The notes below the pieces were generated by a model, which saw only the letters and a program-made list of their open reading frames with translations, did not search any database and was not told where the DNA came from. A stretch of 64,000 nt of DNA from Planctomycetales bacterium (GTDB lineage: Bacteria > 4484-113), in contig JBBIRS010000005.1 of the NCBI GenBank assembly GCA_037441675.1, positions 11,648 to 75,647 of the forward strand, given 5' to 3'. This document shows positions 1 through 10,414 of the stretch, in pieces (position 1 is the first letter of the stretch; every line of letters begins with the position of its first letter). A program made the translations under genes and the position numbers.

Positions 1-744
1 GTAATTCTTGAACTAAATGCTCTTTCTTTCACCTATCAGGATGGAACTCAGGCGGTTCGGAATATCAACTTAACTGTCCATAAGGGCGAAATACTTGGTC
101 TTATTGGTTCTTCCGGGGCAGGCAAGTCAACACTACTTCGGTGCATTAACGGACTTCTGAAACCATCAGCTGGCGTGGTCTGTTTTAATGGCGAAAGAGT
201 TCTATTTCGCTATAAGGAACTTCTAACTCTTCGGCGAAAAATTGGAATGATTTTTCAAGAGTTTAACCTTCTGCCTAACTTAAGCGTTCTGACAAATGTT
301 CTTCTCGGCAGGCTTTCCTATCAGAGTTTCTGGCGCCAACCATTTTTCAGCTTCAGTAGGGCTGATAGAGAAGTGGCAATGAATGCACTTCACAAAGTGG
401 GCATCTTGCCACTTGCCAGAAGAAAGGCTAGAGAGCTTTCGGGCGGGCAGAGGCAAAGAGTGGGCATTGCAAGAGCGCTGGCTCAGGAGCCGATCCTGCT
501 TCTGGCGGATGAGCCTGTTAGTAATCTTGACCCTGCTACTGCGGATAAGGTTCTCTCCCACTTCGTGAGTTTGTGTCGTCAGGAGCAGTTGTCCGCGGTA
601 ATAAATTTGCACTCGGTTGAGCTTGCAGAGAAGTACTGTGACAGGATTTTAGGCTTGAAACGGGGCGAAATTGTCATTGATGTTCTCGCAGGTAACCTCA
701 ACGAGCGGGAGCTTTCTCAAATCTACTCGGAGGATGAGAATTAG
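1..744 (+). CDS. phnC: Phosphate/phosphonate ABC transporter ATP-binding protein (5'-truncated by window edge)
   Basis: Frame is open from base 1 (VILELNALSFTYQDGTQAV...GLIGSSGAGKSTLLRCING, Walker A), then LSGGQRQRVGIARAL, LLADEPVSNLDP, VINLHSVELA. Followed by phnE. Confidence 0.9.
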   Translation, partial: VILELNALSFTYQDGTQAVRNINLTVHKGEILGLIGSSGAGKSTLLRCINGLLKPSAGVVCFNGERVLFRYKELLTLRRKIGMIFQEFNLLPNLSVLTNVLLGRLSYQSFWRQPFFSFSRADREVAMNALHKVGILPLARRKARELSGGQRQRVGIARALAQEPILLLADEPVSNLDPATADKVLSHFVSLCRQEQLSAVINLHSVELAEKYCDRILGLKRGEIVIDVLAGNLNERELSQIYSEDEN

Positions 745-754
745 AAAAGGCGAT

Positions 755-1588
755 ATGGCGGCAAGGGAAAATAAATCTCTCACGGAAAAAATAATCTCCC
801 CCAAAGGCTTACCCATTCTCTCCGCCATAAAATTTGCTCTTATCATCGCGTTTTTGGCTTACCTAGTGAATTCAATATACATAACGGAGTTTAACCCGCT
901 AAAACTTTTTAGAGGCTTAACCAGAGCGGGTGGGCTACTATCTGAAATCTTTTCACCTGATTTTAGTATTTTTTGGGACCTAGCCAAACTGATGAACGAG
1001 ACTGTGCAGATAGCTCTCCTTGGCACAGCTCTTGCGGTTCTAATGAGCTTTCCCCTGTCTTTTTCGGGCGCGAAGAATTTAATGCTCAGAACCTCTACGG
1101 GGAAGCTCGTTTACTTCCTAACCAGGCTTCTCTTCAACGTTTTGAGAGCATTTGAGCCAATTCTCCTCGCGCTTTTATTTGTGATAATGGTTGGGCTTGG
1201 GCCGTTTGCGGGAGTGCTTGCCCTTGGGCTTCATTCCGTCGGTATGCTTGGAAAGCTCTTCTCTGAAGCGGTTGAAGGCATTGATAGGGGACAGGTGGAA
1301 GCGGTCACCGCGACCGGCGCTAATCGTTTTCAGATTATATGGTATGGCGTTCTTACTCAGGTTTTGCCTGCCTTTCTCGCCTTCTCCATTTACCGCTGGG
1401 ACATTAACATTAGAATGAGCATTGTGCTTGGCATTGTTGGCGCAGGCGGTATCGGCTTCAAACTAATCCAGTATATGAACCTGCTCCAGTTTGATAAGAT
1501 GGCGACCGCATTTATTATTATCCTTCTTGTGGTGACCGCCCTTGATTACTTGAGCGCCTACTTGAGAACTAAACTCGGGCAGTATTGA
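755..1588 (+). CDS. phnE: Phosphonate ABC transporter permease
   Basis: ETVQIALLGT, GLGPFAGVLALGLHSVGMLGKLFSEAVE, YRWDINIRMSIVLGIVGAGGIG. Start placed at ATG 755; ATG 734 is an alternative. Confidence 0.9.
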   Translation: MAARENKSLTEKIISPKGLPILSAIKFALIIAFLAYLVNSIYITEFNPLKLFRGLTRAGGLLSEIFSPDFSIFWDLAKLMNETVQIALLGTALAVLMSFPLSFSGAKNLMLRTSTGKLVYFLTRLLFNVLRAFEPILLALLFVIMVGLGPFAGVLALGLHSVGMLGKLFSEAVEGIDRGQVEAVTATGANRFQIIWYGVLTQVLPAFLAFSIYRWDINIRMSIVLGIVGAGGIGFKLIQYMNLLQFDKMATAFIIILLVVTALDYLSAYLRTKLGQY

Positions 1589-1877
1589 GATACCTCTCTT
1601 CCGCGGATTCTGTGTCACTCTACTCAATCAAGCCTGAACTAGCCAGATGATCTGTTCAAGCTTTTAGGCATGCTATTTTAACTACCGCAATATTCAATTC
1701 TTTCGCTCTGCGAATAATCTTAAAGCATAAATTTAACCCAATCTCCCAACTGGTAAATCTGAACTTACCATACCGAAGGCAGAATCTAGCAAGCTACAAA
1801 TTTATTACTTGAGCGCTCAAGCAGTCCACCACAAGGGCTTAGCGGTTGGAGTATGCAATTAAAGAGAAAACTTGCGT

Positions 1878-1917
1878 AAAAAGGAAAACCCGCCTCAGAA
1901 GTCTTTCCCGAGGCGGG
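1878..1917 (-). terminator. Rho-independent terminator of the 2-oxoacid dehydrogenase operon
   Basis: Inverted repeat CCCGCCTC (1889-1896) / GAGGCGGG (1910-1917), followed on the minus strand by TTTTCCTTTTT. Confidence 0.75.
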
Positions 1918-1999
1918 AACCTGCTGAAAGCAATTTTTAATTTTGTAACATCGCTAATTTTAGCACGAATAATTCTCAGGCTAATTAAGAATTATAAAA

Positions 2000-3376
2000 C
2001 TAAAATAGAAGCATTCTTTCGGGATTTTCCACCTGTTCGCAAACCGCTCTCAGGAACTTAACCGCATAGACGCCGTCAATGATTCTATGGTCAAAGTTTA
2101 AGGAGAGGTATGTCATATCGCGTGCGGTAATTTGCCCGTCGCGGACAACTGGGCGCTTCTGTATTGCATGAATTCCAAGGATGGCGGTATTTGGGAAATT
2201 GATAATAGGCGCGCTCAAAATCGCTCCAAACCCTCCCGCGTTCGTAATTGAAAACGTGGAACCGTGAACCTCTGATAGCTCTAACTTTCTATTCCTCGCA
2301 CGCTCCGCCTTTTCCTGAAGCTCGGCGGCTATGTGAATTAGACTCTTTCTATCCGCAAAATCAATCTTCGGCACAACCAACCCCGCAGGAGTATCCGTCG
2401 CAAAGCCAATATGATAGTACTTCTTCAGGACTATTTCACCCTTCTCCAAATCTAGTTCTGCGTTCAAAAGTGGAAAGTCCTTGAGAGGTTGGATAACCGC
2501 TTTGATGTAGAATGCGGTAACTGTGAGCTTCACGCCGTAATTCCTTAGCACCTCGTCACGGTATCTCGCCAAAAATTCCATCATCTTTGTGCAGTCCGCC
2601 TCATCCACGCTAAGGGTGTGAACCGCTGTTGTGTATGAAGTTGTGAGTGCATTTATGATGGTTTTTCTGATGGTTGTGAGTGGCTGGCGCTCCTCCTCTT
2701 CCTTTGTTTCACCAAATACAACTGGCGGAAGAGGGACAACCTTTGGCGCACTTGGAGCAGTAACTGTTGGCTGTGTGGAGACATCGGCAGAAACTTGAGC
2801 GGGCGCTCCACGTTTTGCTAACGCTAGCTTTTTCGGGTCACTGATTATCTCCTCAATGTCAATCTTTCTGATTCTTCCGCCTGTCCCCGTGCCTTTGATT
2901 CTTGATGGGTCAAGGTCATATTCTGAGATTAGCCTCGCTACTACCGGCGATATTCTTTTGGCTGATTCTCCATCCCCGGATGGTTCTGTTAAAATTGCGG
3001 AGGGCGGTTGCGCCACGCTCAGTCTTGGCTCTGTTGACACCACAGGCTCTTTCACTAACGACTTTTGAGCCTCCTCCTTCTCTTCAATTGTCGGCTTTTT
3101 CTCGACCGTTGGAGCTTTCACCGCAGGCACCTCTTCCCCCTCTTTTGCTATATATCCTATGAGCTGTCCCACCTCAACCTTTTCTCCAGGTCCTACTAGT
3201 TGCTTTACCAATATGCCTTCGCCAGGGGAGGGTATTTCCATAGTAATCTTATCCGTTTCTATTTCCACAAGTGGCTCGTCCATTTTGATATATCCACCCT
3301 CTTCAATGAGCCACCTGCCTACTACGCCTTCGTAAACACTCTCTCCCAACTGTGGAACTAATATTTCAATCGCCAT
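2000..3376 (-). CDS. 2-oxoacid dehydrogenase E2, dihydrolipoamide acyltransferase
   Basis: One lipoyl domain (EIETDKITMEIPSP), E1/E3-binding domain (GTGTGGRIRKID), catalytic DHRIIDG. Confidence 0.95.
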   Translation of the reverse strand: MAIEILVPQLGESVYEGVVGRWLIEEGGYIKMDEPLVEIETDKITMEIPSPGEGILVKQLVGPGEKVEVGQLIGYIAKEGEEVPAVKAPTVEKKPTIEEKEEAQKSLVKEPVVSTEPRLSVAQPPSAILTEPSGDGESAKRISPVVARLISEYDLDPSRIKGTGTGGRIRKIDIEEIISDPKKLALAKRGAPAQVSADVSTQPTVTAPSAPKVVPLPPVVFGETKEEEERQPLTTIRKTIINALTTSYTTAVHTLSVDEADCTKMMEFLARYRDEVLRNYGVKLTVTAFYIKAVIQPLKDFPLLNAELDLEKGEIVLKKYYHIGFATDTPAGLVVPKIDFADRKSLIHIAAELQEKAERARNRKLELSEVHGSTFSITNAGGFGAILSAPIINFPNTAILGIHAIQKRPVVRDGQITARDMTYLSLNFDHRIIDGVYAVKFLRAVCEQVENPERMLLF

Positions 3377-3484
3377 TTTCTTCTCTCCAAAAATGTAGTG
3401 AAAAAGCTATGCAGACGCTAGCTATTCTTACACTTAAGGTTGAATCATCAAATAAATCTCGGCTTGTTTTTATAATTATCACGT

Positions 3485-4477
3485 TTAATATTCAAACAAC
3501 TTAAGCGCGGCGGTGTAAAGTTTCTCCGGTGTTGGCAACCAGAATTTTTCCATCTTGGAGTAAAAGGGAACTGGAGTATCAAAACTGCATACGCGAGTTA
3601 TAGGCGCGTCCAAGTATTCAAAGGCTTCCTCCGCAATGAATGCGGAAATTTCTGCGCCAACGCCCGCGGTCTTTGGGGCATCATGGGTGATTATTACCTT
3701 TGATGTTTTCTTCACGCTTGTAATTATTGCTTCTTTGTCGTAAGGCAGAATTGAGCGTAGATCCAACACTTCAGCGGAGATTCCGTGCTCCTCTTCTAGT
3801 TTTTTCGCAACCTCCAAACAGTTGTGAACAACCCAACCGTAACTGATAAAAGTTAGATGCTTTCCTTCACGGGCAATTCTAGCCTTGCCAATGGGAACGG
3901 TATAATCATCCTCAGGAAGTTCCTCCTTTAACCAAGGGACGCGATAAATCGCCTTTTGCTCCAGATAGATAACTGGATTGTCATCTCTCACAGCGGATTT
4001 AAGCAGACCCTTTGCGTCATAGGGAGTTGATGGGGCGACAATCTTAAGCCCAGGGACATGCATATACCAAGCTTCATTCGCCTGACCATGATAAAGCCCA
4101 ACGCCCATTGCCCAGCCGTTCGCCACGCGAATAACAATTGGGACTTTCCAGGTTCCACCGGTTCGGTAGTGTATCTTGGCTGCTTGCTGGCAGATTGGGT
4201 CGTGCGCTCCACCGATAAAATCCCCAAACTGAATCTCCGCTATGGGACGCATTCCCATTAGCGCTGCTCCAATAGCCGCATCAACAATTAGCGCTTCAGA
4301 AATTGGCGTATCAAGGCATCGCCAAAAACCAAACCCATCCATTAGACCCTTAGTCGCTTTGAAAACTCCGCCGTATATTCCTACATCTTCGCCTAGGACA
4401 AATACGTTCGCGTCCCTGCGCATCTCTTCCGCCTGCGCTTCAACTATCGCATCTATATAGGTCTTTGGTGCTCCCAT
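3485..4477 (-). CDS. 2-oxoacid dehydrogenase E1 beta subunit
   Basis: LGEDVGIYGGVF, DTPISE, AEIQFGDF, PSTPYDAKGLL, LDAPITRV. Confidence 0.95.
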   Translation of the reverse strand: MGAPKTYIDAIVEAQAEEMRRDANVFVLGEDVGIYGGVFKATKGLMDGFGFWRCLDTPISEALIVDAAIGAALMGMRPIAEIQFGDFIGGAHDPICQQAAKIHYRTGGTWKVPIVIRVANGWAMGVGLYHGQANEAWYMHVPGLKIVAPSTPYDAKGLLKSAVRDDNPVIYLEQKAIYRVPWLKEELPEDDYTVPIGKARIAREGKHLTFISYGWVVHNCLEVAKKLEEEHGISAEVLDLRSILPYDKEAIITSVKKTSKVIITHDAPKTAGVGAEISAFIAEEAFEYLDAPITRVCSFDTPVPFYSKMEKFWLPTPEKLYTAALKLFEY

Positions 4478-4553
4478 TCTTTACTCCTTTACTTCATTTC
4501 AGAGATATAAGATTTGTGCATAAATGAACGCTCATCGATATAGCCAGCCAACC

Positions 4554-5621
4554 TTATGGCGCATAAACATCTTCAAGGCAGGTCTTTGGCTCAGGCTCAG
4601 GCGCGTTCAATGCGAATTCATATGCCTTCTGCACTTCCTCAAGAGCCTTTTCCCTTACAGCTTCAATTTCAGCCTCTGTCATAATCCCTTCTTTTACTAA
4701 GTAGCTTTCAAAATTCGGAAGGGGATCTCTCTGCTTCCACATTTCAACTTCTTCCTTTGCGCGATAATCCGCTGGGTCAATCTCTGAATGTCCATACCAG
4801 CGGTAAGTGTCCAACTGAACTATTACCGGAGGACCAATGTTTGCGCGAATTTTTGGTATCCATTCACTAAAGAAATCATAGAGGAGAGGCACATCATTGC
4901 CATCCATTCGGAAACCTTCAATGCCATACCCGATGGCCCGCTTAGAGATATCTTCGTTTCCAGCCTGAAGTCTTAGAGGCACGCTTTCCGCCCACCAGTT
5001 GTTTTGAATGATGAAAACGACCGGGAGTTTGTGAATGGCAGCAAAGTTTACCGCTTCGTGCCACTGCCCTTTACTTGTTCCCCCTTCACCGGAGAAGGTA
5101 AGTGCGATAAAGTGCATATTGCGCATCTTAAATGAAAGCGCAGCTCCTACCGCAACTCCCGTCTGCGCTGCCATAAGCGTGCAGGGCGCTAGAAAGTTTC
5201 CCTCTGTCCAACCCCAGAAGTTGGGATGACATTTTCCTTTGTCCTGGCTTGTTTTTCGGGAGAGAAGTTGGCTAGCTAGCAACTCAAGGGGACAGCCTCG
5301 GGTGATAATTGCTCCAAGTTCGCGATGCTGAGGCCCGATGAAGTCCCCCCTCTCCGTAAAAAATGTTGGGACGACAGTCGTAGCCTCCTGCCCAATCTGC
5401 GAAAAGAATGTCCCCTCCATCCTTCCTTGACGCCATAGCTTTCTGCCTCTATCGTCAAACTCTCTCGTTAACCGAAGAAAGTAGTGAATTTTCTTTAGCT
5501 CTTCCTTGCGTTTCTTCGCGTCAACTGAAGCCCTAGGTTTATGGTCTTCATCCAATTTAGGCTTTTCTAAAAGCTCTTTTGGTTTCCTCAAGACATCTTT
5601 TTCTTTTGGACTCAATTCCAT
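4554..5621 (-). CDS. 2-oxoacid dehydrogenase E1 alpha subunit (possibly branched-chain type)
   Basis: ThDP-binding motif GEGGTSKG...QNN, YRWYGHSEIDPADYR. The GEG form resembles Firmicute branched-chain enzymes. Confidence 0.9.
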   Translation of the reverse strand: MELSPKEKDVLRKPKELLEKPKLDEDHKPRASVDAKKRKEELKKIHYFLRLTREFDDRGRKLWRQGRMEGTFFSQIGQEATTVVPTFFTERGDFIGPQHRELGAIITRGCPLELLASQLLSRKTSQDKGKCHPNFWGWTEGNFLAPCTLMAAQTGVAVGAALSFKMRNMHFIALTFSGEGGTSKGQWHEAVNFAAIHKLPVVFIIQNNWWAESVPLRLQAGNEDISKRAIGYGIEGFRMDGNDVPLLYDFFSEWIPKIRANIGPPVIVQLDTYRWYGHSEIDPADYRAKEEVEMWKQRDPLPNFESYLVKEGIMTEAEIEAVREKALEEVQKAYEFALNAPEPEPKTCLEDVYAP

Positions 5622-5712
5622 TCCTTCTATTTATACATTGTCTTTGATGTTTGTTTATCTATCTTATGCTCCCAAGTTTTCGAGGAAGTTCTTCTTCCCC
5701 ACGTTTTCCGTA

Positions 5713-6390
5713 TTATGGTGTATTAGCCCGCGAGAGAAAAATCTCGCCAAAACGTCTCGCCAAATCCTCTATCGTTGGCATAAGTTGAACCTTGCCGGGA
5801 CAGCAATCGGGAATCTCTTCCCTTTCAAAATGGGCTGTGGCGATAATATCCTGCATAACAGAAGAAGCAGGGTCAAAGTTTTCAAGGGCATCTGAGATGT
5901 AACAAACTTTTCCAACGTTGCACTTGAAGCAGTCCTCAACGCCATTGTTGGCTATCGCGGCATAGAGCTTGACTTTATGCCTGCTAAAAAAGTTAACAAT
6001 GGCTTTTAGAGCTTCTTGGGGATACAACCCGCCAATGGATATTGCGATGCCATACTTGTCCGCGCATAGACCTTCTTCGACTGGCGGAAGAATTTCTTCC
6101 CAGAAGGCAAGTTCCTTATGGGCGGTTGGTTCATAATAAGTTGGGGCAGAGATTAAGATTGTTGCTACGTTCTTGAGTAGATGAGTTATGTCCTTTGCGC
6201 TGATATTTGCGGTTTTGTCGCCATACTTATGAATGAACTCGCCAGAATGAGCACCGCCAGCACCCGGTAAATGGATAACACTGAAGGGAAGTCCTGTACT
6301 TCTAAGAAAAAACTCAGCAACATAGGCGGAAGCCTCGTTCCGAAGTGGACCTGCCATTATCGCTAAAATTTCACAATTGTTACAGTTCAA
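5713..6390 (-). CDS. Flavodoxin-fold (FMN reductase / iron-sulfur flavoprotein-like) protein with Cys motifs
   Basis: ILAIMAGPLR (cf. GSPR), ISAPTYY (cf. GSPVY), GIAISIGG..QE, C-terminal CFKCNVGKVC and DCC. TTG start with GGGGA RBS. Confidence 0.55.
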   Translation of the reverse strand: MNCNNCEILAIMAGPLRNEASAYVAEFFLRSTGLPFSVIHLPGAGGAHSGEFIHKYGDKTANISAKDITHLLKNVATILISAPTYYEPTAHKELAFWEEILPPVEEGLCADKYGIAISIGGLYPQEALKAIVNFFSRHKVKLYAAIANNGVEDCFKCNVGKVCYISDALENFDPASSVMQDIIATAHFEREEIPDCCPGKVQLMPTIEDLARRFGEIFLSRANTP

Positions 6391-6659
6391 TTTATTCCCC
6401 TAGTTTTGTTAGTGATATTCTATCTCAAAATATTTATCCTGACAAGCCAATTAATTATCCTCTAGTTGAAAACTTATTTCAGCTTAGAGGAAGACTGGCC
6501 AGGGTGGTGCGCCCCGTTCTTCATCTTAATTATAGTTAATTATAGCGAATAAGGCAGTGAATTTCGCTCGTTTTATACCGAGGAAAGCCGCGAGGATGCT
6601 TTATCGAACTTTTAGATAGCTTTTTAGATAGATGGATAGATATAGAATCGCGTCCTGCG

Positions 6660-7868
6660 CTATTCATACCTCAGAGAATTCACAGGTAGCATTTTAGCGG
6701 CACGCCAGGCAGGGATGATCGCGAATGCAAGTCCGACAACAAAACTGAAGAGAAGCGCTAGCAAAACCGTTTTCGGGCTTATCCAAAAATCCCACTCCAC
6801 CTTAAGGCAGAGAATGTAGACGCCGGTGAAGCCAATAATTAGCCCAAGCAACTGACCTAGAAAGACCTGAATAAAAGCCTCAATTAGGAATTGGAGGAGG
6901 ATGCTTGAATTCTTGGCTCCAACTGCTTTACGGACGCCAATCTCTCGTGTTTGCTCAACCACACTCATAAGCATAACATTCATAATGCCAATGCCCGCGA
7001 CTATGAGTGCGATTGATGACACCGCCAAAAGGATAACTCCAAATATGTGGAAGGTTTCGTTCGCGGTTTTAGTTAGCTCTTTCATTGAGAATGCTTGAAA
7101 ATCATCCTGATCATCTTTGTTTACACCGAGCCACGCGCTGACCTCTTCCTTTATTTTTTCCACTACATCTTCGGTATTAAGGCTCTGCGGATGCTTTATG
7201 CCGACGACGTGAATATAGGGGAACTTAAAGGCGGATTGGGCGCGCTCAAGGGGGAGGAAAATCCTGTTGTCAAAGTCTTCAAAGCCCAATCTTCCTTTTT
7301 CTTGCAGAGTTCCTACAACGCGATACCTTTCCCCTTTGACTACGATAAACTCGCCAATGGGATTTTCCCCGGGGAACAGTTTGACTCTTACCGTATTTCC
7401 TAAGACTGAAACATATGCGGAATTCTCAATATCATCTCTATCAAGAAACCTGCCTGCTTCCAGCTTGTATGGCCGTATCTCAAAGATTTCAGGATAGGCT
7501 CCAATTACGTTAGTGAAAACCCTTCTTCCCCTGTAACCTGCATAAGCAGGCAGGGCGAGGATGGGAGTGAATTTTTCCACGTAGGGTTTGCCTTCAAAGA
7601 AGTTGGCGAAGGAAGTAGGCAGAGCGGTCGCGGCAACTCCGCTTTGCTGAAAGGGACTTTCCTCTAGCTCAAAGTATGGAGTTACAAAAATTGTGTTTGC
7701 GCCAAGCTCTGTAAGTAACTTCATCGCTTGATTTCGCGCTATCTCGGAAACGGAAATTAAAGCTACGATATTTGCAACACCTATGGCAACTCCAAGCACA
7801 GTTAAGAAAGTGCCAAACATTTTCAGCCTTAATCTTCTAAGTGAGTAAAGGATTAGGTGTTTAAGCAT
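6660..7868 (-). CDS. MacB/FtsX-family ABC transporter permease
   Basis: FLTVLGVAIGV, GIGIMNVMLMSVVEQTREIGVRKAVGA, PAWRAAKMLPVNSLRYE. Confidence 0.92.
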   Translation of the reverse strand: MLKHLILYSLRRLRLKMFGTFLTVLGVAIGVANIVALISVSEIARNQAMKLLTELGANTIFVTPYFELEESPFQQSGVAATALPTSFANFFEGKPYVEKFTPILALPAYAGYRGRRVFTNVIGAYPEIFEIRPYKLEAGRFLDRDDIENSAYVSVLGNTVRVKLFPGENPIGEFIVVKGERYRVVGTLQEKGRLGFEDFDNRIFLPLERAQSAFKFPYIHVVGIKHPQSLNTEDVVEKIKEEVSAWLGVNKDDQDDFQAFSMKELTKTANETFHIFGVILLAVSSIALIVAGIGIMNVMLMSVVEQTREIGVRKAVGAKNSSILLQFLIEAFIQVFLGQLLGLIIGFTGVYILCLKVEWDFWISPKTVLLALLFSFVVGLAFAIIPAWRAAKMLPVNSLRYE

Positions 7869-8408
7869 TGATACCCTCTTTACAGATTATAAAGAAATGA
7901 AAATTTATTGCGACTTCGCTATAAAACCATCAGCGCGATTTTCCATTTGAGCAAGAGAAATCGCAGAGCATAATTCAATTGGCGAATTAATGTGACTGAT
8001 TGGGACGATAATTTTACGAAACAGAGGTATTTAGCTTATCTTGGGCGAACTTTTACAACACCTGCTCCGGCACTGCTTTAATGGTTGAAACGAATTTTCA
8101 ACGAAATTCAGCTCTCCTCCACTCAAAAGAGTTAAGAAGGAAGGCAAGAGATATTGGCTGGTTATATTTAATGGATATGAGTATCAATTGCAACTGGTAT
8201 CCTTAAAATCGTTGATTAGTGGTGGTTGTGATGAGTGTTTTGTGATGTTAAATTACGCACACCATGGAAGCTCTAGTTGAATTTAGTTTTGGATTGACGC
8301 CTTTGAATTTGAAGGAGAGTGGCAGGGAAGGAAATTACAGCTTGGGTGAAACCAGCTGGTTCTATACATTCAAAAACAAACGCTAGTTTTAAGGAGGATG
8401 ATTGAAAA

Positions 8409-10379
8409 ATGTCTAATATAAGATGTTTATTTTTGTTAATGCTCGTATTTATTGGGTTAGCGATCCCCAGTAGCTGTGGAGGGGGAGGAGGAGGCGGAGC
8501 GCGAATACAACCGCCGGCAAACGGTGGAACGAACAATCCGCCTGATGGTGGAGGCACAACTGGCATTGCCCAAAGCCCAGGTGAAGTCGGAGGCGTCATC
8601 AGAGACGCAAATGGTGTTGTCGTGCCGGAGTTGGAAGTTTATCTGGATGCCATTCAGAACTTCGTCGCTTCCACTAACTCTAACGGCGAGTTTCTAATTA
8701 GCGGGGTTAACTCCGGTCAACACACGCTTTACTTTGGTGTTGAGGGTGAAGAGGTTACAAGCTTCGTTTTTACCTACGATAGTTCCGCACCTCTAAACTT
8801 AACTCTGCAAAGAGAGATGAGGTCTGTCTCGCAGGTTGGTGCGGAAGGAACGCTCACCGGTACGGTAACAGATACCGCAGGTAGTCCGATTGAGGATGTT
8901 AGAGTTCTAATCTTTGATAGAAGCGGGTTCTTCCTTATTGACTTTACAAATGCCTCTGGAGTTTACACTTTAAATGAAGTTCCAGTTGGAGAGTACTTCC
9001 TTCTTGGTTTTAAGCGCGGTTATCGCACACACATTGGACAGGTGTCAATCACTGAGAATCAGACGACTACGCACGACTTTGTTATGGGTAGACAGCCAAC
9101 TGGGTCAATTAACGGAACTGTTACTAGCACAAGCTCTGTGCCACTATCAAGAACGCACGTGTTCCTTATATATAACGATCGCGATCCGAACCTTTCAGCA
9201 CCTCCATCTTTTCAGGTTTTAACTGATGCGCAGGGGAAATACTCATTTGATGTAGTTCCCGTTGGAAGCGCTTACCTTTTAGTATTCAAGCCAGAGTTTA
9301 CGCCTGAGAGTAGAAGTGTGACAATTCCCGCGGGAGAGGTTATAACAGAAAACTTTGTCTTAACTTTAGCGGGACAGACACCACCTCCACCTCCGGGAGC
9401 GGGTGGAACAATCTCGGGACAGGTTTTGCGTGATGAGGATGATAGAAGTTTGCACGGAACTGGCGCGAGGGTTTTCCTCTACAATGGACAACCGTCGGAG
9501 ACGAACCCGCCGATTCAGCGAACGGAGAGCAACGAGAATGGAGAATTCCGTTTTGCGGGAGTTGCTCCATCTCGCGACCAGCTTTACTTTATCGTGGCGG
9601 AGAAGATTCGTCACGATGAGCTTTGGCGTGGTTCAACTTCTACCGCTCTTTTTGAAGGAGAAGTTGTTCAAATAACAGTAATTATTCGCCCAACGCAAAA
9701 CGTTCAGCCAACCTCTGGAACTGCTTCGCTTTCGGGCAAGATCTTCGGTGGAGATGGTGCGGTTGCAGGCGCGCAAGTTGAGCTGAAGCGGGGCGATAAT
9801 GCCTTTGAGACATTCACCGGTGAGGACGGCTCCTACTCCTTTAGCGGCATCCCTGCGGGATTTTATGAGTATGAGGTGCATGCGGCAGGCTTCAACGAGC
9901 TTGAGGGCGAGATTTTCCTTGAAGATGGTGAAAATCACCGCGATTTCTTCCTGCTTGAAGGTGTGCCCTCTGGTGGAGAAGGCGGTGTTATTTCGGGTGT
10001 TGTGTTTAAGCTGAAAAGCCATAGGAGTGCAAGTGGCACTAACGAGGATGAGAGTGGCGATGATGATGGCATTGATAATGGCGGAGATGACAATGGTGGC
10101 GGCGATGATGAGGATGAGGTGGATGAAATGGAGCCTGCGGATGCTACCGTTAGGCTGTACCTTGGTGATCCGTCAGCGGGTGGACAGCTAATTGCCACGG
10201 TGGAAAGCGGTGAGGATGGTTTCTATAAGTTTTTAGGGGTTCTGCCATCCGGGGAAACACCCTATTTCATTGTTGCGGAGAAGGATGAAGATGGCGTTCA
10301 TTATAGAGGTGTTGCGCAGACATTCTTGATGGATGGTGAAATTGTGCGGATAAATGTTGTAATGGTTGCTACGAGCTAA
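8409..10379 (+). CDS. Predicted lipoprotein with about 6 carboxypeptidase-regulatory-like (beta-sandwich) repeats
   Basis: AGGAGG RBS, signal peptide ending PSSC-GGGGGGG, repeats of G-x-I-x-G-x-V...T-x-x-x-G-x-Y/F-x-F. Confidence 0.8.
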   Translation: MSNIRCLFLLMLVFIGLAIPSSCGGGGGGGARIQPPANGGTNNPPDGGGTTGIAQSPGEVGGVIRDANGVVVPELEVYLDAIQNFVASTNSNGEFLISGVNSGQHTLYFGVEGEEVTSFVFTYDSSAPLNLTLQREMRSVSQVGAEGTLTGTVTDTAGSPIEDVRVLIFDRSGFFLIDFTNASGVYTLNEVPVGEYFLLGFKRGYRTHIGQVSITENQTTTHDFVMGRQPTGSINGTVTSTSSVPLSRTHVFLIYNDRDPNLSAPPSFQVLTDAQGKYSFDVVPVGSAYLLVFKPEFTPESRSVTIPAGEVITENFVLTLAGQTPPPPPGAGGTISGQVLRDEDDRSLHGTGARVFLYNGQPSETNPPIQRTESNENGEFRFAGVAPSRDQLYFIVAEKIRHDELWRGSTSTALFEGEVVQITVIIRPTQNVQPTSGTASLSGKIFGGDGAVAGAQVELKRGDNAFETFTGEDGSYSFSGIPAGFYEYEVHAAGFNELEGEIFLEDGENHRDFFLLEGVPSGGEGGVISGVVFKLKSHRSASGTNEDESGDDDGIDNGGDDNGGGDDEDEVDEMEPADATVRLYLGDPSAGGQLIATVESGEDGFYKFLGVLPSGETPYFIVAEKDEDGVHYRGVAQTFLMDGEIVRINVVMVATS

Positions 10380-10414
10380 TTCTGCGAACGAACTTCGCAA
10401 TTTAGAAAAAAATG

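Noticed and set aside
6410..6428. Rex-like site upstream of the flavodoxin-like gene
   Set aside because: Half-sites are separated by 5 nt rather than 4 and are degenerate.
8155..8361. Recurring CTGGT(T/A) words upstream of both lipoprotein genes
   Set aside because: Short, with inconsistent spacing; cannot be told from chance by eye.
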